DNA of 64,000 bases from Candidatus Micrarchaeota archaeon (lineage in GTDB: Archaea; Micrarchaeota; Micrarchaeia; Norongarragalinales; SBBD01). Below are positions 40,250 to 49,296 of this stretch, one piece after another. The DNA lies in contig JAHJQN010000008.1 of the NCBI GenBank assembly GCA_018819225.1, forward strand, positions 177,421 to 241,420. The letters run 5' to 3'. Made by a program: the position numbers and the translations under genes. Under the pieces are notes generated by a model that had not been told where the DNA came from, did no database searches, and was given only the letters and a program-made list of their open reading frames with translations. Every line of letters begins with the position of its first letter. Within the stretch, counting starts at the first letter, position 1.

Positions 40250-40927
40250 ATGGCGTTCGTCAAATACTTGGGTCACTCCTCATTCGAAATCCGAATGGGC
40301 GGCCGCATCCTGTACACGGATCCGTGGTGGGACCCCCGTCCATTGCACGGTGAGCGGCTCGTGCCTCCCGGAATCCAAGTGGAGCAGATCAAGAAAGCGG
40401 ACATGATTCTCATCAGCAACGAAGCCCCCGATCACTGCGATAACTTCGAGGTCAAGCGCCTGCAGGAAAAAACGTTCGCGCAAGTACTTGCCCCGGAACC
40501 CGCGCTCGCCAAACTCGAGGTGAACCCCCGTCAGCGCATGACCGCGTATCAAGACGACCGATTTCACGTCATGGGACTCGATATTCACGTGACGAAAGCC
40601 AAGCAACCGAAAAGCCAATACCCCGTCGGATACATTATTTCGGCGGGAGGCCAAAGCGTGTATTTCGCTGGAGCGACTTACGAGTTTTATGACATGCACC
40701 ACATCAACGTGGACTGCGCGATTCTGCCCATTGGCGGAAGACAAACCATGGATATTTTCGGGGCATTGAATGCCATTCGCATGATCAAATGCAAGTACGT
40801 GGTGCCCATGCGGTATAACACGTTTAAGCTCATTGAAGCGAACGCCCGCGAATTCGAATTAAAAGCCCAAAAAAGCGGGAAGGCCTCGCCCGTCATGCTC
40901 CGCGTGGGAGAAGGCTTCGACTTTTAA
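40250..40927 (+). CDS. metallo-beta-lactamase-fold protein (UPF0173-like) with degenerate metal ligands
   Basis: YLGHSSF, TDPW, LPIGG..TM scaffold; HxHxDH appears as NEAPDH. Confidence 0.8.
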   Translation: MAFVKYLGHSSFEIRMGGRILYTDPWWDPRPLHGERLVPPGIQVEQIKKADMILISNEAPDHCDNFEVKRLQEKTFAQVLAPEPALAKLEVNPRQRMTAYQDDRFHVMGLDIHVTKAKQPKSQYPVGYIISAGGQSVYFAGATYEFYDMHHINVDCAILPIGGRQTMDIFGALNAIRMIKCKYVVPMRYNTFKLIEANAREFELKAQKSGKASPVMLRVGEGFDF

Positions 40928-40986
40928 TAAAATAACGGTATTTCTGCTCACGACTAGAGCTCAGAATAAAAAAAATAATGAAAAAA

Positions 40987-41358
40987 TTAGTATTCCTGCG
41001 AGACGTTGTACAAGGCTTTCAACGCCACGACCGCCGCACCCGGACCCACGAACACCACGATGTTATTCAAAATCGCGGGAACGTACGGCCCCAGCGTCGG
41101 AACCACGGCAAAGACGCCCAGCAAGCTCGTTGAAGCGACCATGAACGTTAGCGCGGCCACGAGAAACTGGATGATTTCCCGGTCGCCAATGTTCAAAATA
41201 CCCACGAGAATTCCGAGAATCCCGAGAATAAACACGGTGCCCGAACTGGTTTCCGGATAGAGAATGCCGGCGCCCACGGCAATGACGAGACCCGCAAGAA
41301 ACGACCATGCGCCCACGCGGGCCCAAGAATCACGATTCTTTTTCGCCAAACAAACCAC
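40987..41358 (-). CDS. conserved hypothetical membrane protein (about 4 TM)
   Basis: hydrophobic; G.WSF..G, LGILVGILNI...E, FVGP.A.VVALK; start uncertain. Confidence 0.65.
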   Translation of the reverse strand: MVCLAKKNRDSWARVGAWSFLAGLVIAVGAGILYPETSSGTVFILGILGILVGILNIGDREIIQFLVAALTFMVASTSLLGVFAVVPTLGPYVPAILNNIVVFVGPGAAVVALKALYNVSQEY

Positions 41359-41494
41359 CTCTCAACAGCGTACTTTTGACCGACTTAAAAACATACCCGT
41401 CTACGGCAAACGACGAAAATTCGTAAAACGAAGCTTTTTATATTCGGATTCAGAAGTCTTAGTATTAATTCTTTGAATTCTCGAGGGGAGAGCA

Positions 41495-42916
41495 GTGGGA
41501 CTTCGTTCGAAAGGCATCAAACAGTTCCGACGCGTCAAAACCGCCGTCGGACCCATCGTCGGATCCCTCGTATTCATTCTCGCCGTCGTCCTCTTCCTGT
41601 CAGCGATACGCGCTTCGCTGTTTTCCGATATCGATGAAGAAACGCGCATCTGGTTTGAAATCACGTTCTTATTGCTCGCGGCCGTCCTGGCTGAACTGCT
41701 GGTCGTCTACTTGCGACAGCCCGTTGTGATGGTGCTGTTACTCGTCGGCGTCATCATATCCCCTAATGCCATCGACGTATTCTGGCCGACCATTGTCGAC
41801 ATTATCAACATCCTGCTGTTAACGATTACGAGCTTTCAATTGCCGCTGACCCCACCCCACATCGTTCCCCTCGAAGGAACCGTTCAAGTCTTTGCGCAAC
41901 TCGGCGCCATCATCCTCTTGTTTAAAATTGGTCTCCATTCTGAAATCAAGCAAATCTTCAATATTCGCAATTTCGTGGTCGGACTATTAGGCGTCGTGAT
42001 TCCGTTTGTGGCCGGCTATTATTACGCGGTGTGGACCGGAGCCTCATTCGCGTACGCGCTATTTCTGGGCGCGGCATTGACGGCAACGAGCGTCGGCGTC
42101 ACCGTAGCCGTATTGCAGGAACTGGGAGTGATGCAGAAAGAGTATGCGAAAATCATTCTCGGCGCCGCCGTCATCGATGACATTCTCGCCCTTCTCGCCC
42201 TCTCGTTTGTTCGCAACATACCCTCCTCATTCGATGCCGCTGCACTCCTTCCACTCATCACCACGCTCGCCATCGCCTTGCTGTTTCTCATCGGAGGCAT
42301 TCAAATCGGCTTGTTCGTGGTACGAAAATACTTCAATAAAATCACGGAAGAAAACTTCTCGAACCGAACCTTTCTCGTGGCGCTCGCCTTTCTCCTGATG
42401 TACGCGTATGTGGCCGAGGTGATCGGGCTTTCCGCGATCGTGGGCGCATTCATTGCCGGCGTCACCCTGAATTACAGTAAAATAGTGCATAAAATCAATG
42501 AGCTCATGGCCCCTCTCGAAATGCTGTTCACGCCCATATTCTTCATTTCATTAGGCATGTTCGTCGATATAACCGCCGTTGGCGAGTTTTGGCTCCCGAT
42601 ACTCATCATCTCGGTCATTGCAGTAGCCACAAAGTTTATTGGAGGCGGATTGGCTGCGAAATTCATGGGAGTGAGCACAAAGGATTCCATGATCGTGGGA
42701 GTTGGATTGGTGCCCCGAGGAGAAATCGCGTTGATTATTGGCTTATACGGATTGACCGCTACCACGGCTTCCGGAGAACCCGTGCTCACGGTCGCTCAAT
42801 ACACCGTGATTTCGGCCATGGCATTCATCACCACCATCATCGTCCCCGTCATGCTTCAGAAGATCATCGCATCGAAAAAGGAAGTGCGAGCAACGGCTTG
42901 GAATGCAGGCACCTGA
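41495..42916 (+). CDS. cation:proton antiporter (CPA2, NapA/KefB-like)
   Basis: LLF.IGL, ATSVG, AAVIDDI, GAFIAG, PIFF..G, PRGE; about 13 TM. Confidence 0.92.
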   Translation: MGLRSKGIKQFRRVKTAVGPIVGSLVFILAVVLFLSAIRASLFSDIDEETRIWFEITFLLLAAVLAELLVVYLRQPVVMVLLLVGVIISPNAIDVFWPTIVDIINILLLTITSFQLPLTPPHIVPLEGTVQVFAQLGAIILLFKIGLHSEIKQIFNIRNFVVGLLGVVIPFVAGYYYAVWTGASFAYALFLGAALTATSVGVTVAVLQELGVMQKEYAKIILGAAVIDDILALLALSFVRNIPSSFDAAALLPLITTLAIALLFLIGGIQIGLFVVRKYFNKITEENFSNRTFLVALAFLLMYAYVAEVIGLSAIVGAFIAGVTLNYSKIVHKINELMAPLEMLFTPIFFISLGMFVDITAVGEFWLPILIISVIAVATKFIGGGLAAKFMGVSTKDSMIVGVGLVPRGEIALIIGLYGLTATTASGEPVLTVAQYTVISAMAFITTIIVPVMLQKIIASKKEVRATAWNAGT

Positions 42917-42935
42917 ATCGGAAAAAGAATTTTTT

Positions 42936-44384
42936 TCAAGCCCCGCGTCTTTTTCTCCTTTCCATCAGCCGCTTCCTCGAATCCAGTCGTTCTTCCTCCC
43001 GATCGAAATGTCTTGACTGGACGATGCGGGTCCGCTCCATGGGATCCAATGCGCCTAATTTATAGCGATAAGCGAGATTGAATGGAAGCCGTCTCGCAGG
43101 GCGTTTGCCCCTCAACGAAACCGAGATCCGCGAAATACCTTCGAGGAACTCGCGCGCACGCTGCCTAGCCTCCGGGGATTCGGGATGCAGCACCTTCAGC
43201 GTGCGTCCTTTCATGAACCAACCCCTGCGCTCCCATTCCGAAAAACGAAGCGGGGCTTGGGACGGCGACACGTACGTCAGCCAATCCTGCCGGGACGGAT
43301 CCTCACCCTTTACCGCAAGCTCGAAACGTCGCCTAATTTCTTCGGAAATCCGGCCCGTTTTTCCGTCTCCGATGCGGATTTTAAATAACCCATTCTTGGG
43401 CATGCGTCTTCCGACTCGTCCGGCAATCCGCTCTTGTTCCCTCCGGGAAATCAAAAAGGGATCCCCGCGACGCGCTTCGTCCTTCACGAAGATGCGGCCG
43501 CCTTTCATACGAAGATGCAACTCGTGAATTGGAGTCACTTCCGCGGCAGTTCCCGTGTAAAAAAGTTCGTCGGCGGCAGCCACCTCCTCCAACGAAAGCT
43601 CCTTCTGATTCACTTTCAAACCGCTTTTCCTCGCGATGTCCAAGATGGCCTCGCGCGTGATTCCCGGAAGCACCTCGCCTTCGCGAACCGGAGGAGTGAA
43701 TAGGACGCCGTTCTTGACCACGAACATGTTTTCCCCACTTCCTTCCGCGGCCTTTCCCTTTGAATTCAACAACAACGCCTCGACGCTTCCGTGGGAAGTC
43801 GCTTGAAAGTGCGCGACCGTACCCGCATGGTACGCTCCGGAAATCTTCTGCCCGGGATACGCGGTCTTACGGGGTTCCGAGGTAACAAACGCCGTAATCT
43901 TCTTCGCCTCCAGGTATTTCCCCCAAGGCATAGTCTGCACGTGAAAATTAATGGAGCTACCTTGGGCTCCGACACCCAACGGTCCCGCTCCCCAGAACAC
44001 CAACGGTCGGATATACCCCTGCTTCAAGCCGCTCCTCCGAACGGCTTCCACGATGGATTGGCGAAGCATGCGAGGCGAATAAGGAAACCGCATGCCTTCC
44101 GGCAACAGGCGACTAAAACTCCGTTCCAAACGAGCGACATGCTCATCAAGCCTAAAGATGGCGGACCCGTTTCGCGTGTTATAGAACCGGATTCCTTCGA
44201 ACGCACCCGTACCGTAATGAAGCGCATGGATGTTAATCGGAATCCTTGGGACGTCCGGTGGATACAAACCTATTTCGATCGTTCCTTTCTTGAGCCATGG
44301 GTTGTGCGTCGCAAAGATTTCCACGTTCCCTTTTTTTGCTGTGAGAGCCAACCGGACCACCTGCACAAAAAAAAGCAGGTACAA
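42936..44384 (-). CDS. ilvE: branched-chain amino acid aminotransferase with basic insertions and C-terminal extension
   Basis: LHYG.GAFEGIR, IFRL..H..RL, YIRP, K.SG.Y PLP lysine, EGSGEN.F, LPGITR, GTAAEVTPI; start uncertain. Confidence 0.88.
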   Translation of the reverse strand: MYLLFFVQVVRLALTAKKGNVEIFATHNPWLKKGTIEIGLYPPDVPRIPINIHALHYGTGAFEGIRFYNTRNGSAIFRLDEHVARLERSFSRLLPEGMRFPYSPRMLRQSIVEAVRRSGLKQGYIRPLVFWGAGPLGVGAQGSSINFHVQTMPWGKYLEAKKITAFVTSEPRKTAYPGQKISGAYHAGTVAHFQATSHGSVEALLLNSKGKAAEGSGENMFVVKNGVLFTPPVREGEVLPGITREAILDIARKSGLKVNQKELSLEEVAAADELFYTGTAAEVTPIHELHLRMKGGRIFVKDEARRGDPFLISRREQERIAGRVGRRMPKNGLFKIRIGDGKTGRISEEIRRRFELAVKGEDPSRQDWLTYVSPSQAPLRFSEWERRGWFMKGRTLKVLHPESPEARQRAREFLEGISRISVSLRGKRPARRLPFNLAYRYKLGALDPMERTRIVQSRHFDREEERLDSRKRLMERRKRRGA

Positions 44385-44421
44385 CTATATTAATGAAGTA
44401 TCCTAACCAAGAAAATTCGAA

Positions 44422-44559
44422 TCACACCCTACGCTCCGCTCCTTTTCTCCAATGCGGCAATTTCCAATTACCGATCAGCCACGCGATGACGACGACAAGC
44501 AATGCAAAGTATACAATCGTCTGACCATCAAAACCGAATAAAGCGGCGAATGGAAGCAT
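44422..44559 (-). CDS. 45-aa single-TM small protein, not in the ORF track
   Basis: MLPFAALFGFDGQTIVYFALLVVVIAWLIGNWKLPHWRKGAERRV; TTATAAAT box about 25 nt upstream (leaderless). Confidence 0.55.
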   Translation of the reverse strand: MLPFAALFGFDGQTIVYFALLVVVIAWLIGNWKLPHWRKGAERRV

Positions 44560-44584
44560 GCATTTCAGAACGGGCAGGCGCTAT

Positions 44585-46111
44585 TTATAATTTCCGCACG
44601 ATGCCGTTCGTCGCATTCACTTCCACTTCATCCCCGTCCTTGAACGCCTTCGTCGCCTTCTTCGTTCCCACAATGCACGGAATCCCCATTTCCCGCGAAA
44701 CAATCGCCGCATGGCACGTCAAACCTCCTTCATCCGTGACAATGGCAGCGGCTTTCTTCATGGCAGGCACCAAATTCGGATTCGTGGCAACGGAAACGAG
44801 AATGTCCCCTTCATTCATCTTACCCATTTCATCCGCATGCACAATGATTTTCACGGTTCCCCGCGCTACTCCGGCGCACGCCGGCGTGCCTTTCAACTCC
44901 CGGACATCCACCTGCGCTTCTTCGGCAACAATCAAGGACCGGTATTTTTCAACATGGTTGCCAGTAAATATTGTCATACGTCCGTTATCCGCATAGAAAA
45001 CGCTTTTCTGAAGGCGCGTCTCCAATTCGGTTTCATCGGCTCGTTGATTTTTCTTCAGCAAGGCCTCCGCCTCATCCATCGTGAGATAGCGCACGTGCTT
45101 CAAGGAAACACCTAAACGTTTGCCTATTTCCGTCAAGAACCCCCGAACATTTCGAGAGGAACGGAAAATCACGTCCTTCCGCAACCCCTTGAGGTGCACG
45201 CACGCCCGAGCCACTTGAATCCATAACCGTTCCTCTCCTGAAAATTCCATCCGGTTTTCCATATCCCGTTGTTTCACGGCTAACTCCTTTTGCTTTTCCC
45301 GCATTTGCCTTAATTGCTCTTCCGCATTCGCGTTTTGATGAAGCTCCGCCTTCAGCAACCGAATGAAATACGCCCGATCCAGTATTTCCGGCCCGTCGTA
45401 ATGGTATTGCATCCAATCGAATTGCCGAACATGCGAGTCTAATGGCTTGTCCAAAACGGGAAACCGGTGCACGCCCGTTAAAATGGAGTTTTCATCCGTT
45501 TCGAAAAGAACCAAGAGACTCTTATCGGACTGAACGGCCTTGAGCATCTCAAGAAAGTGCTCGTCCTGCTTGATGAATAACGACCGCTCGGCCGGAGTGG
45601 TTAAGATGCTGAATAACTCCGCCGTGGATTCGGATACGTTGTTTTCCACGCGCTTCGCTTCGATGAAATCCATAATTTTATGCGAAAGGGCGTAATGCTC
45701 GAAATCCAGGACGTTGATGACGTGCCCCCACACGCACATGCGAATCCATTCATTCGACAGGGATCGGTACTCCTTCGCCAAATCCTCGTTGGAATAAACG
45801 GAAATATCTGCATCCCGCAAGCGAAACGCATGCAGTTCCAACGCATTGCAGGAAGCGCGTTGTTCTCGGTCCACGCGTTCGAAAAAGCCGGGTTCCTGCA
45901 GGCGTTTCATCGCGCGAACCCCTTGATCTTCCCACGTGTTTAAACCGGTCAAGTAATCCCACTTGCCGTTCTGCCATATGAAGAATCCCGCTTCATCGTT
46001 GGCTCCGAGAATGGGTTTCATGTGTCCGGTGGCCGCTTGCATATACGTGATACAGTGCGGCATCGGGCTCCCGAAATCCGTTGCGATACTCTTGTATTTC
46101 GACATGGACAT
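44585..46111 (-). CDS. PEP-utiliser mobile (phospho-His) domain protein, paralogue 6
   Basis: C-terminal GDILV...T.P..VPAMKKAAAIVTDEGGLTCHAAIVSRE.GIPC; helical N-terminal region of about 400 aa; no ATP-grasp domain. Confidence 0.88.
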   Translation of the reverse strand: MSMSKYKSIATDFGSPMPHCITYMQAATGHMKPILGANDEAGFFIWQNGKWDYLTGLNTWEDQGVRAMKRLQEPGFFERVDREQRASCNALELHAFRLRDADISVYSNEDLAKEYRSLSNEWIRMCVWGHVINVLDFEHYALSHKIMDFIEAKRVENNVSESTAELFSILTTPAERSLFIKQDEHFLEMLKAVQSDKSLLVLFETDENSILTGVHRFPVLDKPLDSHVRQFDWMQYHYDGPEILDRAYFIRLLKAELHQNANAEEQLRQMREKQKELAVKQRDMENRMEFSGEERLWIQVARACVHLKGLRKDVIFRSSRNVRGFLTEIGKRLGVSLKHVRYLTMDEAEALLKKNQRADETELETRLQKSVFYADNGRMTIFTGNHVEKYRSLIVAEEAQVDVRELKGTPACAGVARGTVKIIVHADEMGKMNEGDILVSVATNPNLVPAMKKAAAIVTDEGGLTCHAAIVSREMGIPCIVGTKKATKAFKDGDEVEVNATNGIVRKL

Positions 46112-46160
46112 CCATCACTAAATATTTCTCAAAAGAATTAGTGAAATCAAATGCAGCGAT

Positions 46161-46192
46161 AACTATAAAGTGATTGTGCCGCCATATGCCTG
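46161..46192 (-). promoter_or_regulatory. TATA box plus imperfect palindromic operator upstream of paralogue 6
   Basis: TTTATAGT (46169-46162) and CCGCCATATGCCTG (46179-46192). Confidence 0.5.
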
Positions 46193-46216
46193 GTCAGGAC
46201 AAAGGGCATGGAGGTA

Positions 46217-46885
46217 TCAGAACGCAATCAAGCCCAAATCCCCTTGCTTCGCCAGCTCGCAAAGGAGTTTGTTCTCCGCTTTCCGTAAGTGCTCGCGGTA
46301 CGTGTTGCGCGGAACCTTGATTTTTTCCGCAATGTCCTCGAGACTCATCTGCCGAGGCAATTCATAGTACCCATACCGATACGCATGCAGAAACGCCCAA
46401 CGCTGCTTCTCAGTTAACTTGGTAAACACGTTGGGAACGAACAAATTAAGGGGCTCTTCCTTCAAGCTGATGAGATCAATGGTAGCCGCTTGTTTTTGGC
46501 GCTTGACGGCTTTATACAAATCCAGCAACCGCTTCTTCTCCCAACTGGCTACCGTCCAATGCTCAAAGCCTCCGGTAATCACTTGCGGTTTAATGAAGAA
46601 AATCGACTTGTCCACAACCGTCGTATGAAACTGTTTGTTTCCCGGAAGGCGATAGAAGACTTGATTGCCTTCCACGCGATTGATGGTAATGCGTTTTTCT
46701 TGCGTTAACGCGCGAATATACCCGTCACGGTCTTTTCCTTCCACGATAACGACTTTGTTGACCCACAACTTACCCCGATCGACAAACGCGTTAAGATAGT
46801 ACGTTGCCGCCCGGACGTTGAAGCGCTTGCTGAGGTTAATGGCCACTGATTCTTCATGCCAGACCTTAAACTCCGCTATCCACAT
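46217..46885 (-). CDS. Bat-like (HTH_10) transcriptional regulator B
   Basis: LTEKQ..AF..AY..GYYE.PR..SLEDIA........YREHLRKAENK. Confidence 0.9.
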   Translation of the reverse strand: MWIAEFKVWHEESVAINLSKRFNVRAATYYLNAFVDRGKLWVNKVVIVEGKDRDGYIRALTQEKRITINRVEGNQVFYRLPGNKQFHTTVVDKSIFFIKPQVITGGFEHWTVASWEKKRLLDLYKAVKRQKQAATIDLISLKEEPLNLFVPNVFTKLTEKQRWAFLHAYRYGYYELPRQMSLEDIAEKIKVPRNTYREHLRKAENKLLCELAKQGDLGLIAF

Positions 46886-46903
46886 ACGAAAAAGACTCCT
46901 GGC

Positions 46904-47764
46904 TCAATCCAGCGAATCCGTAATAGTGAATATCTCCTTAAAAGGCTTGTTCAAACGGTACGCGGATTGCATGGAAGCGTATTCCTTCTCGAAGCCCGCC
47001 AGCCACGTCTGTCCCTCATACGTATCGCGTTCCCTTTTCCTGTCCACCCACACCACTTCAAACGGCACATCCGATAATTCAAGGGCATGCGACAAGGCGA
47101 TGCCCGCTGCCAGAAGCCCCTCCAGATTTCCGGGCTCGTCTTCATACGCACGCACCACCCACTTCCTTTCCTTCAATAAATCCAGGAGAAACAAGTAGTA
47201 ACACTGAGCGGTTTTTTCTCCGCCATACGGAATCGCGGAATACGTCTTGTCAATCACGCGATCCAGTTTCGAGGTCGCCATGACCACATTCAATAATCGC
47301 AAGAGTCCCCGCGACAGCGTAATGACTTCCAAACCCATTTTCTTGTCTCGCGCAATCGCTCCATCGGGTTTCCATACCTCCGGAAACACCGTTACGCCGG
47401 CCTCGCCTCTTCGAACCCACAATTCCAACAAATCATAATACACTTCCCGCGCTTTAGTGCCGCGAGGCGGTTCCTTCGCCAGTTCCCAGACGCTGTCCGC
47501 CACCTTTTTTCCAAGCAGTCCCCCCTTCAATTCCGCCTCATTTTTTTCGAACACCTTTTTCACGGTCTCGTCGGATAACGCTTCCACCCAAGCCAACTGG
47601 TGCTTTAACATTTCCCCATAACGCGCCATGCCAGGACCCTTCAAATCCGAAGCCAACGTTCCATTCAAGTCATACAACGCGACGCGCTTCAATTGATCCA
47701 TTGGAATAGGAGACGGTCGATCCAACGTTAAAAGTCCGGGAACATTTTGACTCAACATCCTCAT
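46904..47764 (-). CDS. HAD-superfamily hydrolase resembling enolase-phosphatase E1 (MtnC)
   Basis: motif I YDLNGT, VFPEV, motif II LSRG, motif III GEKT..CY, motif IV YEDE..NL. Confidence 0.65.
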   Translation of the reverse strand: MRMLSQNVPGLLTLDRPSPIPMDQLKRVALYDLNGTLASDLKGPGMARYGEMLKHQLAWVEALSDETVKKVFEKNEAELKGGLLGKKVADSVWELAKEPPRGTKAREVYYDLLELWVRRGEAGVTVFPEVWKPDGAIARDKKMGLEVITLSRGLLRLLNVVMATSKLDRVIDKTYSAIPYGGEKTAQCYYLFLLDLLKERKWVVRAYEDEPGNLEGLLAAGIALSHALELSDVPFEVVWVDRKRERDTYEGQTWLAGFEKEYASMQSAYRLNKPFKEIFTITDSLD

Positions 47765-49296
47765 CCCTCTAGTTTATTGATGACTCCGTGATTCGCCTTG
47801 ACTTCCAGCAAATCCCCGTCCTTGAATACGCGCGTCGCCACCTTCGTCGCAATCACGCACGGCACGCCCAGTTCACGAGAAACAATGGCGGCATGAGACG
47901 TAATACCCCCTTCATCGGTCACGATGGCGGCCGCACGTTTCATCGCAGGAACCATTTCCGGACGCGTCGACCGCGCGACCATCACATCCCCTGTTTTCAC
48001 TTTTTTTAATTCATCAGAAGACAATACGATTTTTGCTCTTCCCACCGCATAGCCCACGGAAGCACAGGTTCCCATGACATTCGTCATCGTGGCATCCCAT
48101 TCCTGTCGACGCTCGCCCAGTAACTCTTTTTCTTTTCGAACCGCCTCGTTTCCTCCGTAAATAGTCCAGTCATTAAAACCGTAAACAAGGAGATAACGTT
48201 TCATGCGTTGCTCTAAAACCGTTTTAAAACGCGGCTGGTGCAGTTGCCTTTCCGTTAATTCTCGCGGTAAAGCGAACAATAACATCGAATGGGCATACCC
48301 GAACCGTTTCGCAATCTCTTGCACTAAGCGATTCGATTCATAAACGGCCATCAGCATGCCGGTTTTTCGCACATCCTGATAGAACGCAATCTTTCCCACT
48401 AAATCCAACAATGCTTGGAGGCTCTTTGAAATAGTTAGTTCGTTCAACGCTTTTTCACGCACGATCACTCGCTGACGATCGTTTTGCATTAACTTCATTA
48501 ATTGGCGTTCTGCATCAACTCCAACAGACAATTTCTCTTTTAATTGAGACACAAAAAATGCTTCATCTAAATAAGGTGTTTTCGCGTAGCTGTTATTTAT
48601 CCAATAATACGTTCGAACGTGTTTTTGCAGAGCGGTCCAAATAGAAGGAATGGCATTCAATGCGTGCACCACTTGTTTTTCCGAATGCTTTTCAAACAGT
48701 GATTTCACTCGCGCATCCGATTGAATGCGCTTCAATATCTCGAGAAGCGATTTTTCTTCCACGATATGAAACGGTTCCCCCGCGATGGGCGTCATCTCCA
48801 CAAAATACTGCGAATACGATTTTTCCTTCCCTTTCTCCTTCAAAATCCGCATCAGCTGATCGCGTACCTCATGCTCTAAGTAGAAATAAGCGGGTTCAAT
48901 GCAATAACTCGGCACGTAACAATCCGTGTACGCGTCATTCAATTGCTTTTCCCAACGCAACAACTCATGGTCCGACAAAACAGAAAGATTCAGTTGCTGA
49001 ATAGAATGAATCACGCGTTTTAATTTATCCAATTCCGTGATAAAATCGGAAAACGATTTCTCGTAAAGACCTTTTTCGTTCAGTATGCGTTTGACGACGT
49101 GCTCGCCGGTTTTCAACGTCTCGTCTCGGCGGATATAATAACGCATTTGAGTGCGATGGGCCGGAGCGATTTGAAACGATACACACGCTCCCCAGTATTC
49201 CTTCATGCGCTTGCCCATGGGCTCGAGCGGCGGGGAGACCAGCGCGGGAACGCCTTCGGCGAAATACTCATAGTATTTCGGCTTATCGGCCATCAC
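47761..49296 (-). CDS. PEP-utiliser mobile domain protein, paralogue 5
   Basis: EGGITSHAAIVSRELGVPC; HVRTYYWINNSY; QDVRK. Confidence 0.88.
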   Translation of the reverse strand: MMADKPKYYEYFAEGVPALVSPPLEPMGKRMKEYWGACVSFQIAPAHRTQMRYYIRRDETLKTGEHVVKRILNEKGLYEKSFSDFITELDKLKRVIHSIQQLNLSVLSDHELLRWEKQLNDAYTDCYVPSYCIEPAYFYLEHEVRDQLMRILKEKGKEKSYSQYFVEMTPIAGEPFHIVEEKSLLEILKRIQSDARVKSLFEKHSEKQVVHALNAIPSIWTALQKHVRTYYWINNSYAKTPYLDEAFFVSQLKEKLSVGVDAERQLMKLMQNDRQRVIVREKALNELTISKSLQALLDLVGKIAFYQDVRKTGMLMAVYESNRLVQEIAKRFGYAHSMLLFALPRELTERQLHQPRFKTVLEQRMKRYLLVYGFNDWTIYGGNEAVRKEKELLGERRQEWDATMTNVMGTCASVGYAVGRAKIVLSSDELKKVKTGDVMVARSTRPEMVPAMKRAAAIVTDEGGITSHAAIVSRELGVPCVIATKVATRVFKDGDLLEVKANHGVINKLEG

